The notes under the pieces: model-generated
What the model saw: only the letters and a program-made list of their open reading frames with translations
What the model was told of the DNA's origin: nothing
Database searches by the model: none
Source of the DNA: Alphaproteobacteria bacterium
GTDB taxonomy: Bacteria; Pseudomonadota; Alphaproteobacteria; UBA7985; JAUIBT01
Length of the DNA: 64,000 nt
Reading direction: 5' to 3'
Assembly: GCA_030428565.1 (NCBI GenBank)
Contig: JAUIDR010000007.1
Coordinates: forward strand, 18,504-82,503
Program-made: the position numbers and the translations under genes
In this document: piece by piece, positions 9,406 to 17,918 of the stretch
Layout: each line of letters opens with the position of its first letter
Numbering within the stretch: position 1 is the stretch's first letter

Positions 9406-10203
9406 TTAGAGCAAGCCTAAATCTTCGTCGCTGGCATAGGGCGGGCCGTACTTGTGGCGCGGTGGCATCGGGCGTGTTTGCCAGTTGGGCTCAAACACGA
9501 GGCTTGAGACCTTGCGGCCAGGCAAAAGGCCGCCTGTACCTAGGCCTTGGGCATAGTCGTAATAGAGCTTGGCGATTTCTTCAAAACAGACTTGTTGGGC
9601 CATCGGCGCCTTCAAACAAGCGTCTTTCCATCGCTGGACGCGCCCGAAACCTCTATCCGGTAAGATAAAGTCCTCGTAATAATCCAGGAACCAAAAGCGC
9701 TGGAATAAGGGCGTGAAGACAACTTCAGCAAAGCCGAAGCTCTCGAACAGGAAATCGCCGCTTGGGTTTATGTCGTTTAGATCTTGGTCAAGGCCGCGAT
9801 AGGCCGCCATCAAGCGTTCGCTAAAATCCGCGCGCTTATCGCGATCCTGGTTCAAGATCATCCCATAGCCAGCCGCGGTAAATGCCGGTTCGTGGCGCAG
9901 CAAGCTAGCCTCTAGCGCGCGTCGCCAGGGGTCTGGCTGTCGGATCGAGGCCGTTCCAATTGTCAGATCCAGGTACTCCAGGATGATCAGGCTCTCTTTC
10001 AAGATACGCCCATCCGGCAATTCCAGAGCGGGCAGGGCGGTCGTGCCCTTCATCTTGGCGAGCAAGGCAGGATCGCGCGGCTTGGTGATGTCTACCACGT
10101 TAAAATCAACGGCTTCGGCCATGCCCTTCATGGCCAGCATGATTTCGATCCGCTGGGAAAAAGGACAGACTGGTATGTGGTGGAGCAGCGGTTTGGCGGT
10201 CAT
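9406..10203 (-). CDS. glutathione S-transferase family protein
   Basis: Thioredoxin-like N-domain with CPFSQR. LPALELPDG..L.ESLIILEYLD. Helical C-domain. Confidence 0.7.
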   Translation of the reverse strand: MTAKPLLHHIPVCPFSQRIEIMLAMKGMAEAVDFNVVDITKPRDPALLAKMKGTTALPALELPDGRILKESLIILEYLDLTIGTASIRQPDPWRRALEASLLRHEPAFTAAGYGMILNQDRDKRADFSERLMAAYRGLDQDLNDINPSGDFLFESFGFAEVVFTPLFQRFWFLDYYEDFILPDRGFGRVQRWKDACLKAPMAQQVCFEEIAKLYYDYAQGLGTGGLLPGRKVSSLVFEPNWQTRPMPPRHKYGPPYASDEDLGLL

Positions 10204-10227
10204 GCAGCTGAGCGGTGGGTTTGCGAT

Positions 10228-10299
10228 TTGCCGGACTAGTTTGAATTGCCGGACTAGTTTGAATTGCCGGACTAGTTTGAATTGCCGGACTAGTTTATT
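10228..10299. repeat. 18-bp tandem repeat x4 (ttgccggactagtttgaa); the last copy diverges at its end
   Basis: Direct reading. Three perfect copies plus one variant. Each unit carries CTAG. It sits 25 nt upstream of the GST start and 5 nt after the stop of the upstream gene. Confidence 0.9.
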
Positions 10300-10303
10300 G
10301 GGG

Positions 10304-11128
10304 CTAGTTGATCGGCGCTAGCAAAGCGGGGGCTGTGACCAACTGACGGACATCGTGTGAGTGCTCTTCTTCGAAGACGCTGCCCATTGCGGCCCAGCGG
10401 TGCAATGAAGCAATGTCCAACTTGGCGCATTGCGGGCGCACGCTCCAGGTCACTTGGTAGGGCGAGCAGTTTTGTTGGTCAAAGCTGGGTCCGGTTGTCG
10501 AGCCTGCATAGACCACCGGCGCCCCGCCCGATTGCGGCAGCCCTTTGGGTTGCGGGCGGCCGTCAACGCGATGGCCAGCGTAAGTAAAATCAGCAAAATC
10601 AAGGGCCTGTTCGTCGTTGACCAGCAAAAAGACCTGGGCCTCAACGCGCAGTTCCGGGTTGGCGCAGGCATCGCTCACGCAGGCGCCAAGGCCCTTGCCA
10701 GGCTCGACCGCGCAGCTTGTGTAGACCCAATGGACTTCAATAGAATCGCCAAGTTTGACACCGTGATAGGCGCCGTGGCCGTGGGTCGGGTCTTCCAGTT
10801 CTTCGGCTGTTAGAGTGGCGCTGTTATTGCATTTGTAACCGCCTTGCTCTTCTGTGGAGACAATGGCGTAGCCGGGGCCTTTGTGCTCAGCATTTGTATG
10901 GGTGTGAATGTTGCAAAGGCTCAGAGCGTCGGCGGCAGGGGCAAAGGAATATGCGGTGGTGTTGAGACCCGCCGTGTTGGCAATATCCCGCGGGCTCTGC
11001 GGGCCGTAGCCCTGGCAAAGGTCTTGGGCGGTTGCAGCGCTCCCAAGGGCGAGCGCCAGGCCAGTGGCAAGCCATCCGCTGTTTATCCGGCTTTGCTTGT
11101 TGGGTTGACGGCGGATTGATAGCAGCAT
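10304..11128 (-). CDS. secreted protein with a carbonic-anhydrase-like His motif pattern (possibly delta-class-like CA; uncertain)
   Basis: The ATG at 11128 is preceded by gaggt. Signal peptide MLLSIRRQPNKQSRINSGWLATGLALALGSAATAQ. GPQSPRDI, NIHTHTNAEH and IEVHWVYT resemble the QSPI / HxH..EH / ElHlVH pattern of alpha-CA, but with different spacing. Confidence 0.4.
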   Translation of the reverse strand: MLLSIRRQPNKQSRINSGWLATGLALALGSAATAQDLCQGYGPQSPRDIANTAGLNTTAYSFAPAADALSLCNIHTHTNAEHKGPGYAIVSTEEQGGYKCNNSATLTAEELEDPTHGHGAYHGVKLGDSIEVHWVYTSCAVEPGKGLGACVSDACANPELRVEAQVFLLVNDEQALDFADFTYAGHRVDGRPQPKGLPQSGGAPVVYAGSTTGPSFDQQNCSPYQVTWSVRPQCAKLDIASLHRWAAMGSVFEEEHSHDVRQLVTAPALLAPIN

Positions 11129-11270
11129 GATAGCGACCTCGCGGTTCTGGTGTCGGGCAGGGTTGTCTTGGGTTTGAGGCTGGACACGCACAGGAATTTG
11201 GCCCTTACTCAACCCGGCAAGCATGACAGCCTTGCCCTGGATTGCCGCGCAAGGCAAGGCCCAGAGAAGA

Positions 11271-11315
11271 AATGACCAGGGCAACAATGACCAGGGCAAC
11301 AATGACCAGGGCAAA
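11271..11315. repeat. 15-bp tandem repeat x3 (aatgaccagggcaac)
   Basis: Direct reading. It lies in the divergent intergenic region between the CA-like gene and hyi. Confidence 0.85.
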
Positions 11316-11354
11316 TCAACTAGGGCGAAACCACAGGACGCAAGGAGGCGATTT

Positions 11355-12134
11355 ATGCTCAAACTATCGGCCAATCTGGGGCTGTTGTGGCGCGAGCGTA
11401 GTCTGGCTGAAGCGATGCAAGCCGCTGCTTGGGCGGGTTTTGAAGCGCTGGAGCTACACTTCCCCTACGATCTGCCGCCCGCCACGGTGGGGCACGCGCT
11501 GGAGCAAGCCGGTCTGCCGCTACTGGGGCTGAATACGGCGCCGGGCGATCAGCCGGGTGATTTCGGTCTGGCAGCGCTGCCGGGGCGCGAGGCTGAGGCG
11601 CGGGCGGCCATCGACCAGGCTCTGGTCTATGCCAAAGCGCTGGGCGCGCGTTCGGTCCACGTCATGGCGGGCAAAGCGGCGGGCGCGGCGGCGCGCAATG
11701 CCTTTATCGAAGCGCTGGCCTATGCCACCAAAGAAGCCGAGGCGTCGCGGTTGAACATCCTGATCGAGCCGCTGAACGACCGCGACCTGCCGGATTATTT
11801 TTTGACCGATTTGAATGAGGCGCGGGACATCCTCCAGGCGGTGGCTGCGCCCAATTTGAAGATCATGTACGATTGCTATCATCGCCAGATCATGCGCGGC
11901 GATCACCTGGCCCAGATCAGGGCGGCCCTGAGTGACATCGGGCATATTCAATTCGCAGCGGTACCCGACCGCGGCGAGCCCGATCAAGGCGAAGTCAACT
12001 ATCGTTGGTTGCTGCCCGCGATCCAAGACCTTGGCTATGGCGGCTGGTTTGGTGCGGAATACCGCCCGCGCGGGACCATGAACGAAGGCCTGTCTTGGCT
12101 GCAAGACTGGCGTGATGCGGGGCTGTTGGCATGA
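11355..12134 (+). CDS. hyi: hydroxypyruvate isomerase family TIM-barrel protein
   Basis: MLKLSANLGLLW start typical of Hyi/OtnI. The ATG at 11355 is preceded by aaggagg. IEPLN, YDCYH, GWFGAEYRP. Confidence 0.8.
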   Translation: MLKLSANLGLLWRERSLAEAMQAAAWAGFEALELHFPYDLPPATVGHALEQAGLPLLGLNTAPGDQPGDFGLAALPGREAEARAAIDQALVYAKALGARSVHVMAGKAAGAAARNAFIEALAYATKEAEASRLNILIEPLNDRDLPDYFLTDLNEARDILQAVAAPNLKIMYDCYHRQIMRGDHLAQIRAALSDIGHIQFAAVPDRGEPDQGEVNYRWLLPAIQDLGYGGWFGAEYRPRGTMNEGLSWLQDWRDAGLLA

Positions 12135-12250
12135 GGCTCCCTAACCGGGCCGGGGCGCCTGCGCGCGCTGCTGGCCCGATTATAGTCGGCCGTCATGGAA
12201 CATTGCAAAACAAGCAGGACTTTGGTCGGCAGCCTGGTGTCACAAGGTCC

Positions 12251-12466
12251 CTATTTGCAGGCCTGCGCGTACTCGATCCACTTCCCGCCGATTTCCAGGC
12301 ACCGTTCCTTGCTGCCATAATCGCAGAGCTTGTATTCTTTGAGCCATCGTCCACCATGATCGTAGCAAGAATCGTCCGGGCCAAGAATGAAAATAAGTGC
12401 GACATAGGCAAAGACAAGGAAGACCAAGACCGCCAAAATTGATTTTAGCAAGAAACGAAAAACCAT
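12251..12466 (-). CDS. small membrane-anchored Cys-repeat protein (hypothetical)
   Basis: 71 aa. N-terminal TM segment LLKSILAVLVFLVFAYVALIFIL, then two copies of C-x3-GG-[KR]-W-x6-C. It starts 6 nt after the SAA-like gene. The sequence is AT-richer than its surroundings. Confidence 0.5.
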   Translation of the reverse strand: MVFRFLLKSILAVLVFLVFAYVALIFILGPDDSCYDHGGRWLKEYKLCDYGSKERCLEIGGKWIEYAQACK

Positions 12467-12472
12467 AGTTCG

Positions 12473-12895
12473 TCACCAGTATTTTGGGTGCATGGCACCT
12501 GGGCGCAATGGCTCGCAAAGTTTGCTCGCGTCGGTATGACGATACTTGCGCCCGAGGTCGCGACCAAATTGATTGGCGAAACGATCGGCCTTGGAGTCGT
12601 TCTCTTCTCCTTTAAACCAATTCATTGCGGGATCATGCACCTCTCGCCCCCAACTGATGATCTTCGCGGTCGCTTCACCAACGGGCCCCAGTTGGGTCGC
12701 CTGCGCATTGGCCTTGCAGTGATAGTAGTTGTCGCCGCCCTTGTAGCCGGCGCGCTTCATCATTCTGTAATTCTTGATAAAAAGGGCAGTTGCCATAGCG
12801 GCTTCATAGACACCACCATTGCCACCAGAAAATGGCAGTCTTTCCGAGGACCTATGGGGTTCGTATGGGGGGACATAAAGGGGACGTTTTTCCAC
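12473..12895 (-). CDS. serum amyloid A (SAA) family protein, bacterial homologue
   Basis: Ungapped match to vertebrate SAA as I recall it: GVYEAAMATALFIKNYRMMKRAGYKGGDNYYHCKANAQATQLGPVGEATAKIIS vs [54 protein letters not shown]. Also DSKADRFANQFGR vs DSLADQAANEWGR, and LRPGAMHPKYW vs FRPAGLPEKY. Confidence 0.8.
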   Translation of the reverse strand: MEKRPLYVPPYEPHRSSERLPFSGGNGGVYEAAMATALFIKNYRMMKRAGYKGGDNYYHCKANAQATQLGPVGEATAKIISWGREVHDPAMNWFKGEENDSKADRFANQFGRDLGRKYRHTDASKLCEPLRPGAMHPKYW

Positions 12896-13036
12896 GATTG
12901 TTCTCCGTGTTAGTCTCGTTTTCCGGGATGGCGCACGATAGATGGGAACAATACAAGAACAATTGCGTCAAATCAAGCGTGTTTAATTTAAGTAAAACTA
13001 CTCTTTCGCACAGCTGATTGGTCTAAGATTAGGCAG

Positions 13037-14212
13037 CTAGTTCCCGCGCTGGCCCAACCAATCGCCCATGCGCTCCAGCGCCCGTGCAATGTTCGCTTCC
13101 GAATTGGCAAACGACAGCCGAACAAAGCCCTCTCCAGCGGTGCCGAAGGAGGTGCCCGCGATCGTCGCAACACCGGCCTCATTCAGCCAGCCATCTTGCA
13201 GCGCAGCCGCGCTGATGCCGGTTTCTTGGACGTTGGCGAAGGCGTAAAAGGCGCCTTGTGGCAGAATGGAGGAGACGCCGGGCAAGGCGTTCAAGCCCGC
13301 ATGCACCAAATCGCGACGTTTGATAAAGGCCTGGCGCATGGTCTCGACGGGGTTCTGATCGCCGGTCAGCGCCGCAACGCCCGCTAGTTGGGTCGGGGCG
13401 TTGACGCAAGAATGAATGTTGATCGCCAGACGCTCGGCTTTGTCGATCAGGCCGTCTGGCCAGTAACCCCAGCCCAAGCGCCAGCCGGTCATAGCGTAGG
13501 TCTTGGACCAGCCGTCCAATATGATAAGGCGGTCGCGTAGGCTCTCGTAGCCCAGCAGGGAGACGAATGGCTGGTCGCCCAGTGTGAGGCGCGAATAGAT
13601 TTCATCGCTCATCACCACCACGTCGGGGTGGTCTTCCAGGCCTTTGACGAGGGCTTCGATCTCCTCGGGCTTGGCCATGCCGCCGGTGGGATTGCCTGGA
13701 GAGTTGAGGATTATCAACGATGTATCGGGACGAATTTTCGATAAAATTTCTTCGGCGGAGAAGGAAAAGCCGTTGTCCTCGGGCAGGCTATAGGGGATGG
13801 GCTCGGCTCCGGTGTAGGCCACCATCGAGCGATAGATAGGAAAGCCGGGGTCGGGATAGAGGATCGAGCGACCAGGCTGGCCCAACAGCATCATGGCAAA
13901 GGCCATGGTCACTTTCCCGCCGGGTACAATCAAAATATTGTCCGGCGAGACCGCAACGCCGCGGTGCTGGTCAATGTCGTCTGCTACAGCCTGGGTCAAG
14001 GCAGGCATGCCGCGCGCGGGCGTGTAGCCGTGGTGGCCATCGCGCAAGGCTTTGATCGCCGCCTCAACGATGTTTGGCGCTGTCTTAAAGTCGGGCTGAC
14101 CGATGCCCAAGTTGATGATGTCCTTTCCTTCGGCGCTGAGTTTGGCAGCGCGCGCGAGAACGTCGAAGGCGGTTTCAGTGCCGAGTTTGCCGATAGCATC
14201 TGAAATCAACAT
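13037..14212 (-). CDS. pyridoxal phosphate-dependent aminotransferase (class I, aspartate/aromatic type)
   Basis: NLGIGQPDF, NSPGNPTG, SKTYAMTGWRLGW (PLP lysine), RLSFA. Confidence 0.9.
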   Translation of the reverse strand: MLISDAIGKLGTETAFDVLARAAKLSAEGKDIINLGIGQPDFKTAPNIVEAAIKALRDGHHGYTPARGMPALTQAVADDIDQHRGVAVSPDNILIVPGGKVTMAFAMMLLGQPGRSILYPDPGFPIYRSMVAYTGAEPIPYSLPEDNGFSFSAEEILSKIRPDTSLIILNSPGNPTGGMAKPEEIEALVKGLEDHPDVVVMSDEIYSRLTLGDQPFVSLLGYESLRDRLIILDGWSKTYAMTGWRLGWGYWPDGLIDKAERLAINIHSCVNAPTQLAGVAALTGDQNPVETMRQAFIKRRDLVHAGLNALPGVSSILPQGAFYAFANVQETGISAAALQDGWLNEAGVATIAGTSFGTAGEGFVRLSFANSEANIARALERMGDWLGQRGN

Positions 14213-14438
14213 GGGGCCGTTTCCTTTATGGAGGAGCGTCGAAGGCGGGCGCTTTGCAAGGCCCGTTGGTCATGACCCTAATTGAGCCAGATTGCTGGGG
14301 CAAGGTAACAAGCAGAACACCTTGTCGCCGCTTGCCGTCGTTGGGTAGGCGCTGGTGACAGGGCGCAATTTTTAAAGTGATTTTAAGCAGCTCCTAGCGC
14401 GTTTGGAGTGCTGATGAATTTTGGATAGCTGATTATAT

Positions 14439-15035
14439 ATGCACACACACGCGATCCTTCTGGCCGCTGGCCAATCAAGCCGCATGGGCACCAACAACAA
14501 GCTGCGACTGCCCCTGCGCGGACGGCCTGTGGTCTACCACGCAGCCAAGGCCTTTTTGGATGCCGGGCTGGAGCTGTTGGTCGTGCTGGGCCACGAGGCC
14601 GAGACCATTCGCTTTATGCTGCCCGAATCCAAGCGCATTCGAACGATCTTTTCGCCGCGCTATCAGTCCGGCCTGGCCTATTCCTTGTCGATTGGCCTGC
14701 GCTCGATCCCGCCGGAAACGCGGTGGGCCATCGTCGGCCTGGGCGACATGCCTCTGGTCAAGCCAACCACAATCGCGCGGCTGGCCGCCAAGACGCGCAC
14801 CGCAACCAACTATGCGATTGTGCCGACGTTTCAGGGCGAGTGGGGCAATCCTGTAGCCCTGTCTCACTATATGATCCGTGAGTGCCTGACGCTGGAGGGC
14901 GACACCGGTGCGGGCCAGCTGCTACGCCGCCAACCGCAGTTCGTTGATGAAATGCCCGTCGCTGACGAGGGCATCGTGCGTGATGTCGATACGCCAGAGC
15001 TCTACGCCGCCATGCGTCGCCTTGATCGTTACTAA
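14439..15035 (+). CDS. MobA/MocA-like nucleotidyltransferase (molybdenum cofactor cytidylyltransferase-like)
   Basis: AILLAAGQSSRMG.NNKL, GLGDMP. It lies upstream of a molybdopterin-binding dehydrogenase subunit. Confidence 0.7.
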   Translation: MHTHAILLAAGQSSRMGTNNKLRLPLRGRPVVYHAAKAFLDAGLELLVVLGHEAETIRFMLPESKRIRTIFSPRYQSGLAYSLSIGLRSIPPETRWAIVGLGDMPLVKPTTIARLAAKTRTATNYAIVPTFQGEWGNPVALSHYMIRECLTLEGDTGAGQLLRRQPQFVDEMPVADEGIVRDVDTPELYAAMRRLDRY

Positions 15036-15205
15036 TTGCGGCCTTTGTGGGCTTGAAGATCGGCGCCAGTCGATTGAACGCGGCTGAACGACGCGCGGTG
15101 AAACTTGGGCGGCAACGCTTGCCAGCTTGCCGCACTTACTCTTATAACCACAGGGACAAGGCCGCGCGCAGACGGCGAGCAGCAAGTTTCTGTGCGTATA
15201 TCGCC

Positions 15206-15253
15206 CAGCCAACCGCACAGCCAACCGCCCAGACCATCGACCAGCCCAGCGCT
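15206..15253. repeat. degenerate 12-bp tandem repeat x4 (cagccaaccgca)
   Basis: Direct reading. The first two units are 11/12 identical and the last two are degraded. It lies just upstream of the coxL-like start. Confidence 0.45.
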
Positions 15254-15276
15254 CGGTCGACTGCAAAGAGGATTAC

Positions 15277-17601
15277 ATGTCAAAAACCGTTCCAAATCAA
15301 AGCATTGCAGGCAAGTTCGGCTTCGGTCAGCCCGTTCGTCGGGTGGAAGATACGCGATTTGTAACCGGCCATGGTTGTTATTCAGACGATGTGGCGCTGG
15401 AGGGCGCTTTGACGGGCTACGTGCTGCGTTCGCCTTACGCTGCCGGCCGAATCGTGACGCTAAATGTTGATGATGCACGCGATGCGGCTGGGGTTCACCT
15501 GGTCATGACCGGCGAGGAATTGCAGAAAGACAATACCAACCACCTGAAGTGCGGCACGTTGGTCAAACAGCCCGATGGCAGCACCATGTACGAGCCTCAG
15601 TTCCCAGTCTTGGCGGTCGACCGGGTCTATCACGTCGGCCAGGCGGTGGCCTTCATTGTTGCCGACAGCTTGAACGATGCCAAGAACGCTGCGGAAATGA
15701 TCGAATTCGACGTGGAAGAGAGCGATGCCGCGCCTGATTTCTGCACAGCACTCGACGCGGGCCAACCGAAGGTTCACGACGCGGTGGCGGGCAATCGCGC
15801 CTTTGAGTGGCGCCACGGCGACCAAAGCGCGAGCGAGGCGGCATTTGCCAAAGCTGCCCATGTGGTCGAACTGACCCTAATCAATAACCGAATTATCTCA
15901 AACCCCATGGAGCCGCGGATTGCGATTGCCGAATGGGATGAAGAGACGCAAAAGCTGACCATGACCGCCAATACACAGGGGGGGTGGCCTCTAAAATCGC
16001 GTCTAGCTAAGGATTTTCTAAAGCTGCCTAGCGAGCAAGTGCGCGTTGTGACCCCCGACGTGGGGGGCGGCTTTGGCACGCGTGCCTTTCCTTGCCCAGA
16101 ACAGCCCATGGTTTGCCTGGCTGCACGCGCGCTGAAGCGTCCGGTCAAGTGGGTGGCAGAGCGCTCAGAGAACATGCTGACCGATTTGGGCGGCCGCGCG
16201 CACCTGTCGACGGCTCGGTTGGCGCTGGACGAAAACCATAAGATTACGGGCCTGGATATCCATTTGCGCGCCGACTTGGGCGCATTCTTGTCCGATGCTG
16301 CGCCCTTCATTCCGACCGGCGCCATGCTGAAAGTGGCCACCGGCGTCTATGATGTGCCAGCGCTGAACGTTTTGGTTGAAGGTGTCTATACCAACACCAC
16401 ACCGGTTGATGCCTACCGTGGCGCTGGGCGTCCTGAGGCCATCTACCTGATGGAACGCTTGATGGACAAGGCGGCTAACAGTCTGGGCCAAGATCGCGTC
16501 GAGTTTCGCCGCAAGAACTTCATCCCAACCGAAGCCATGCCCTATACCGCAGCGTCTGGCACCACTTACGACGACGGCAATTTCAACCTGGTGCTGGATG
16601 ACGTGCTGACGCGCGCCGACTGGGCGGGCTTTGAAGCACGGCGTCAGGCATCGGCTGCCAAGGGCCTAAAGCGCGGCATTGGCCTTTGCTACTACATCGA
16701 GTCCACGCTGGGCGCGCCCAATGAGACCTGCGCGGTCACATTCATGGGCGACGGCAAGCTGGAGTTTACCGTCGGAACACAATCCAACGGGCAGGGGCAC
16801 GAGACCGCCTTTGCGCAGCTCATGGCCGACCGCTTGGGCGTTGATATCGACCAGGTGCGCATGATCCAGGGCGATACCGACCGTATCCCAACCGGCGGTG
16901 GCACTGGGGGCTCGCGCTCCATGATTACCCAAAGCACCGCGATCAATGGTGTGGCGGATCAGATCATCGAAAAGGCAAAGGCTCTGGCGGCTGAAGACTT
17001 CGAGTGCGCCGTTGAAGATATGCGTTTTGAAGCGGGTGAGCTGAGCGTGGCGGGCACCGACCGCCGTACAAGCATCATGGGCTTGGCAGAAAAGCATCCA
17101 GGGGCGCTGGACGACACCGCTACGACCAAGATTCGGGACAATTCTTACCCGAACGGCTGCCACGTGGCTGAGGTCGAAATCGATCCTGAGACCGGCCAGA
17201 CCCAGGTTGTTAACTACACCATCGTTGATGATTTCGGCGTGTTGCTGAACCCCATGCTGGTCGAAGGTCAGGTCCACGGTGGCGTCGTGCAGGGCTTGGG
17301 CCAAGCGCTGTGCGAACAGGTGGTGTTCGATGAAGGCGGTCAGCTTGTGAACGGCTCGTTTATGGACTACGCCATGCCGCGCGCTGATACCATGCCGCAC
17401 ATGGATTTCCATTATACCGAAGAAGTGCCCTGCACCACGAACGATATGGGCGCTAAGGGCTGTGGCGAAGCGGGCTCAATTGCATCGCCCGCCGCGGTCA
17501 TTAACGCGATGATCGACGCGCTCAAGGCCGACGGTATCGCCGAATTGGATATGCCCGCGACCCCGCAAGCGGTGTGGCGCGCCCTGCAAAAGGCGGCCTA
17601 A
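15277..17601 (+). CDS. xanthine dehydrogenase family molybdopterin-binding subunit, form II CoxL-like
   Basis: 774 aa. [17 protein letters not shown]-terminus. Active-site loop AYRGAGRPE (the form II CoxL signature rather than form I VAYRCSFR). C-terminal GAKGCGEAG. Confidence 0.85.
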   Translation: MSKTVPNQSIAGKFGFGQPVRRVEDTRFVTGHGCYSDDVALEGALTGYVLRSPYAAGRIVTLNVDDARDAAGVHLVMTGEELQKDNTNHLKCGTLVKQPDGSTMYEPQFPVLAVDRVYHVGQAVAFIVADSLNDAKNAAEMIEFDVEESDAAPDFCTALDAGQPKVHDAVAGNRAFEWRHGDQSASEAAFAKAAHVVELTLINNRIISNPMEPRIAIAEWDEETQKLTMTANTQGGWPLKSRLAKDFLKLPSEQVRVVTPDVGGGFGTRAFPCPEQPMVCLAARALKRPVKWVAERSENMLTDLGGRAHLSTARLALDENHKITGLDIHLRADLGAFLSDAAPFIPTGAMLKVATGVYDVPALNVLVEGVYTNTTPVDAYRGAGRPEAIYLMERLMDKAANSLGQDRVEFRRKNFIPTEAMPYTAASGTTYDDGNFNLVLDDVLTRADWAGFEARRQASAAKGLKRGIGLCYYIESTLGAPNETCAVTFMGDGKLEFTVGTQSNGQGHETAFAQLMADRLGVDIDQVRMIQGDTDRIPTGGGTGGSRSMITQSTAINGVADQIIEKAKALAAEDFECAVEDMRFEAGELSVAGTDRRTSIMGLAEKHPGALDDTATTKIRDNSYPNGCHVAEVEIDPETGQTQVVNYTIVDDFGVLLNPMLVEGQVHGGVVQGLGQALCEQVVFDEGGQLVNGSFMDYAMPRADTMPHMDFHYTEEVPCTTNDMGAKGCGEAGSIASPAAVINAMIDALKADGIAELDMPATPQAVWRALQKAA

Positions 17602-17778
17602 GCGCGGGCGCACACAACGCGCTTACACGACGAGCAAAGGTCGGTCTGTTGCCCTTCAGTTGGGAGCCTCGGATCGGCCTTTTGTTTTGTCGATTTGGCG
17701 CAAGGCAGCCGCTGCCCGCATTGCCTCCTACAGATGCAGCAGGCTGGGCTGCTCTGCCGATTGGCGCCGCGCTGGCCA

Positions 17779-17918
17779 GAATCGGCAGGTCAGAATCGGC
17801 AGGTCAGAATCGGCAAGCCAGAACCGGCAAGCCAGAACCAGCAAGCCAGAACCGGCAAGCCAGAACCGGCAAGCCAGAACCGGCAAGCCAGAACCGGCAA
17901 GCCAGAATCGGCAGGCCA
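17779..17918. repeat. 14-bp tandem repeat x10 (gaaccggcaagcca and variants)
   Basis: Direct reading. Ten contiguous units. Five are identical and the flanking units differ at 1-3 positions. All six frames are open across it. Confidence 0.95.

Noticed and set aside
10228-10299. Tandem arrays (here and at 17779-17918, 26297-26356, 35655-35694) as possible CRISPR arrays
   Set aside because: The units are only 14-18 bp and directly abut one another with no unique spacers. No cas genes are present in the window.
11129-11374. Longer versions of the CA-like gene (start 11374, LPWSL repeats) and of hyi (start 11223, NDQGN repeats)
   Set aside because: Both extensions are translations of the same 15-bp tandem array on opposite strands. 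Internal ATGs with strong RBS (11128 and 11355) give a signal peptide and the canonical Hyi N-terminus respectively.
12135-13036. Calling the SAA-containing islet a mobile element
   Set aside because: No integrase, transposase, inverted terminal repeats, flanking direct repeats or adjacent tRNA are visible. Only compositional deviation and the unusual gene content support horizontal origin.
16666-17412. Long antisense or alternative-frame ORFs inside well-supported genes (e.g. 16666-17412, 25222-25866, 29279-30052, 51567-52325, 53833-54666, 61241-62029, 62191-63039)
   Set aside because: These are typical high-GC shadow ORFs: rich in Arg/Ala/Gly/His, without recognisable motifs, and fully overlapped by genes with strong family signatures on the other strand or frame.
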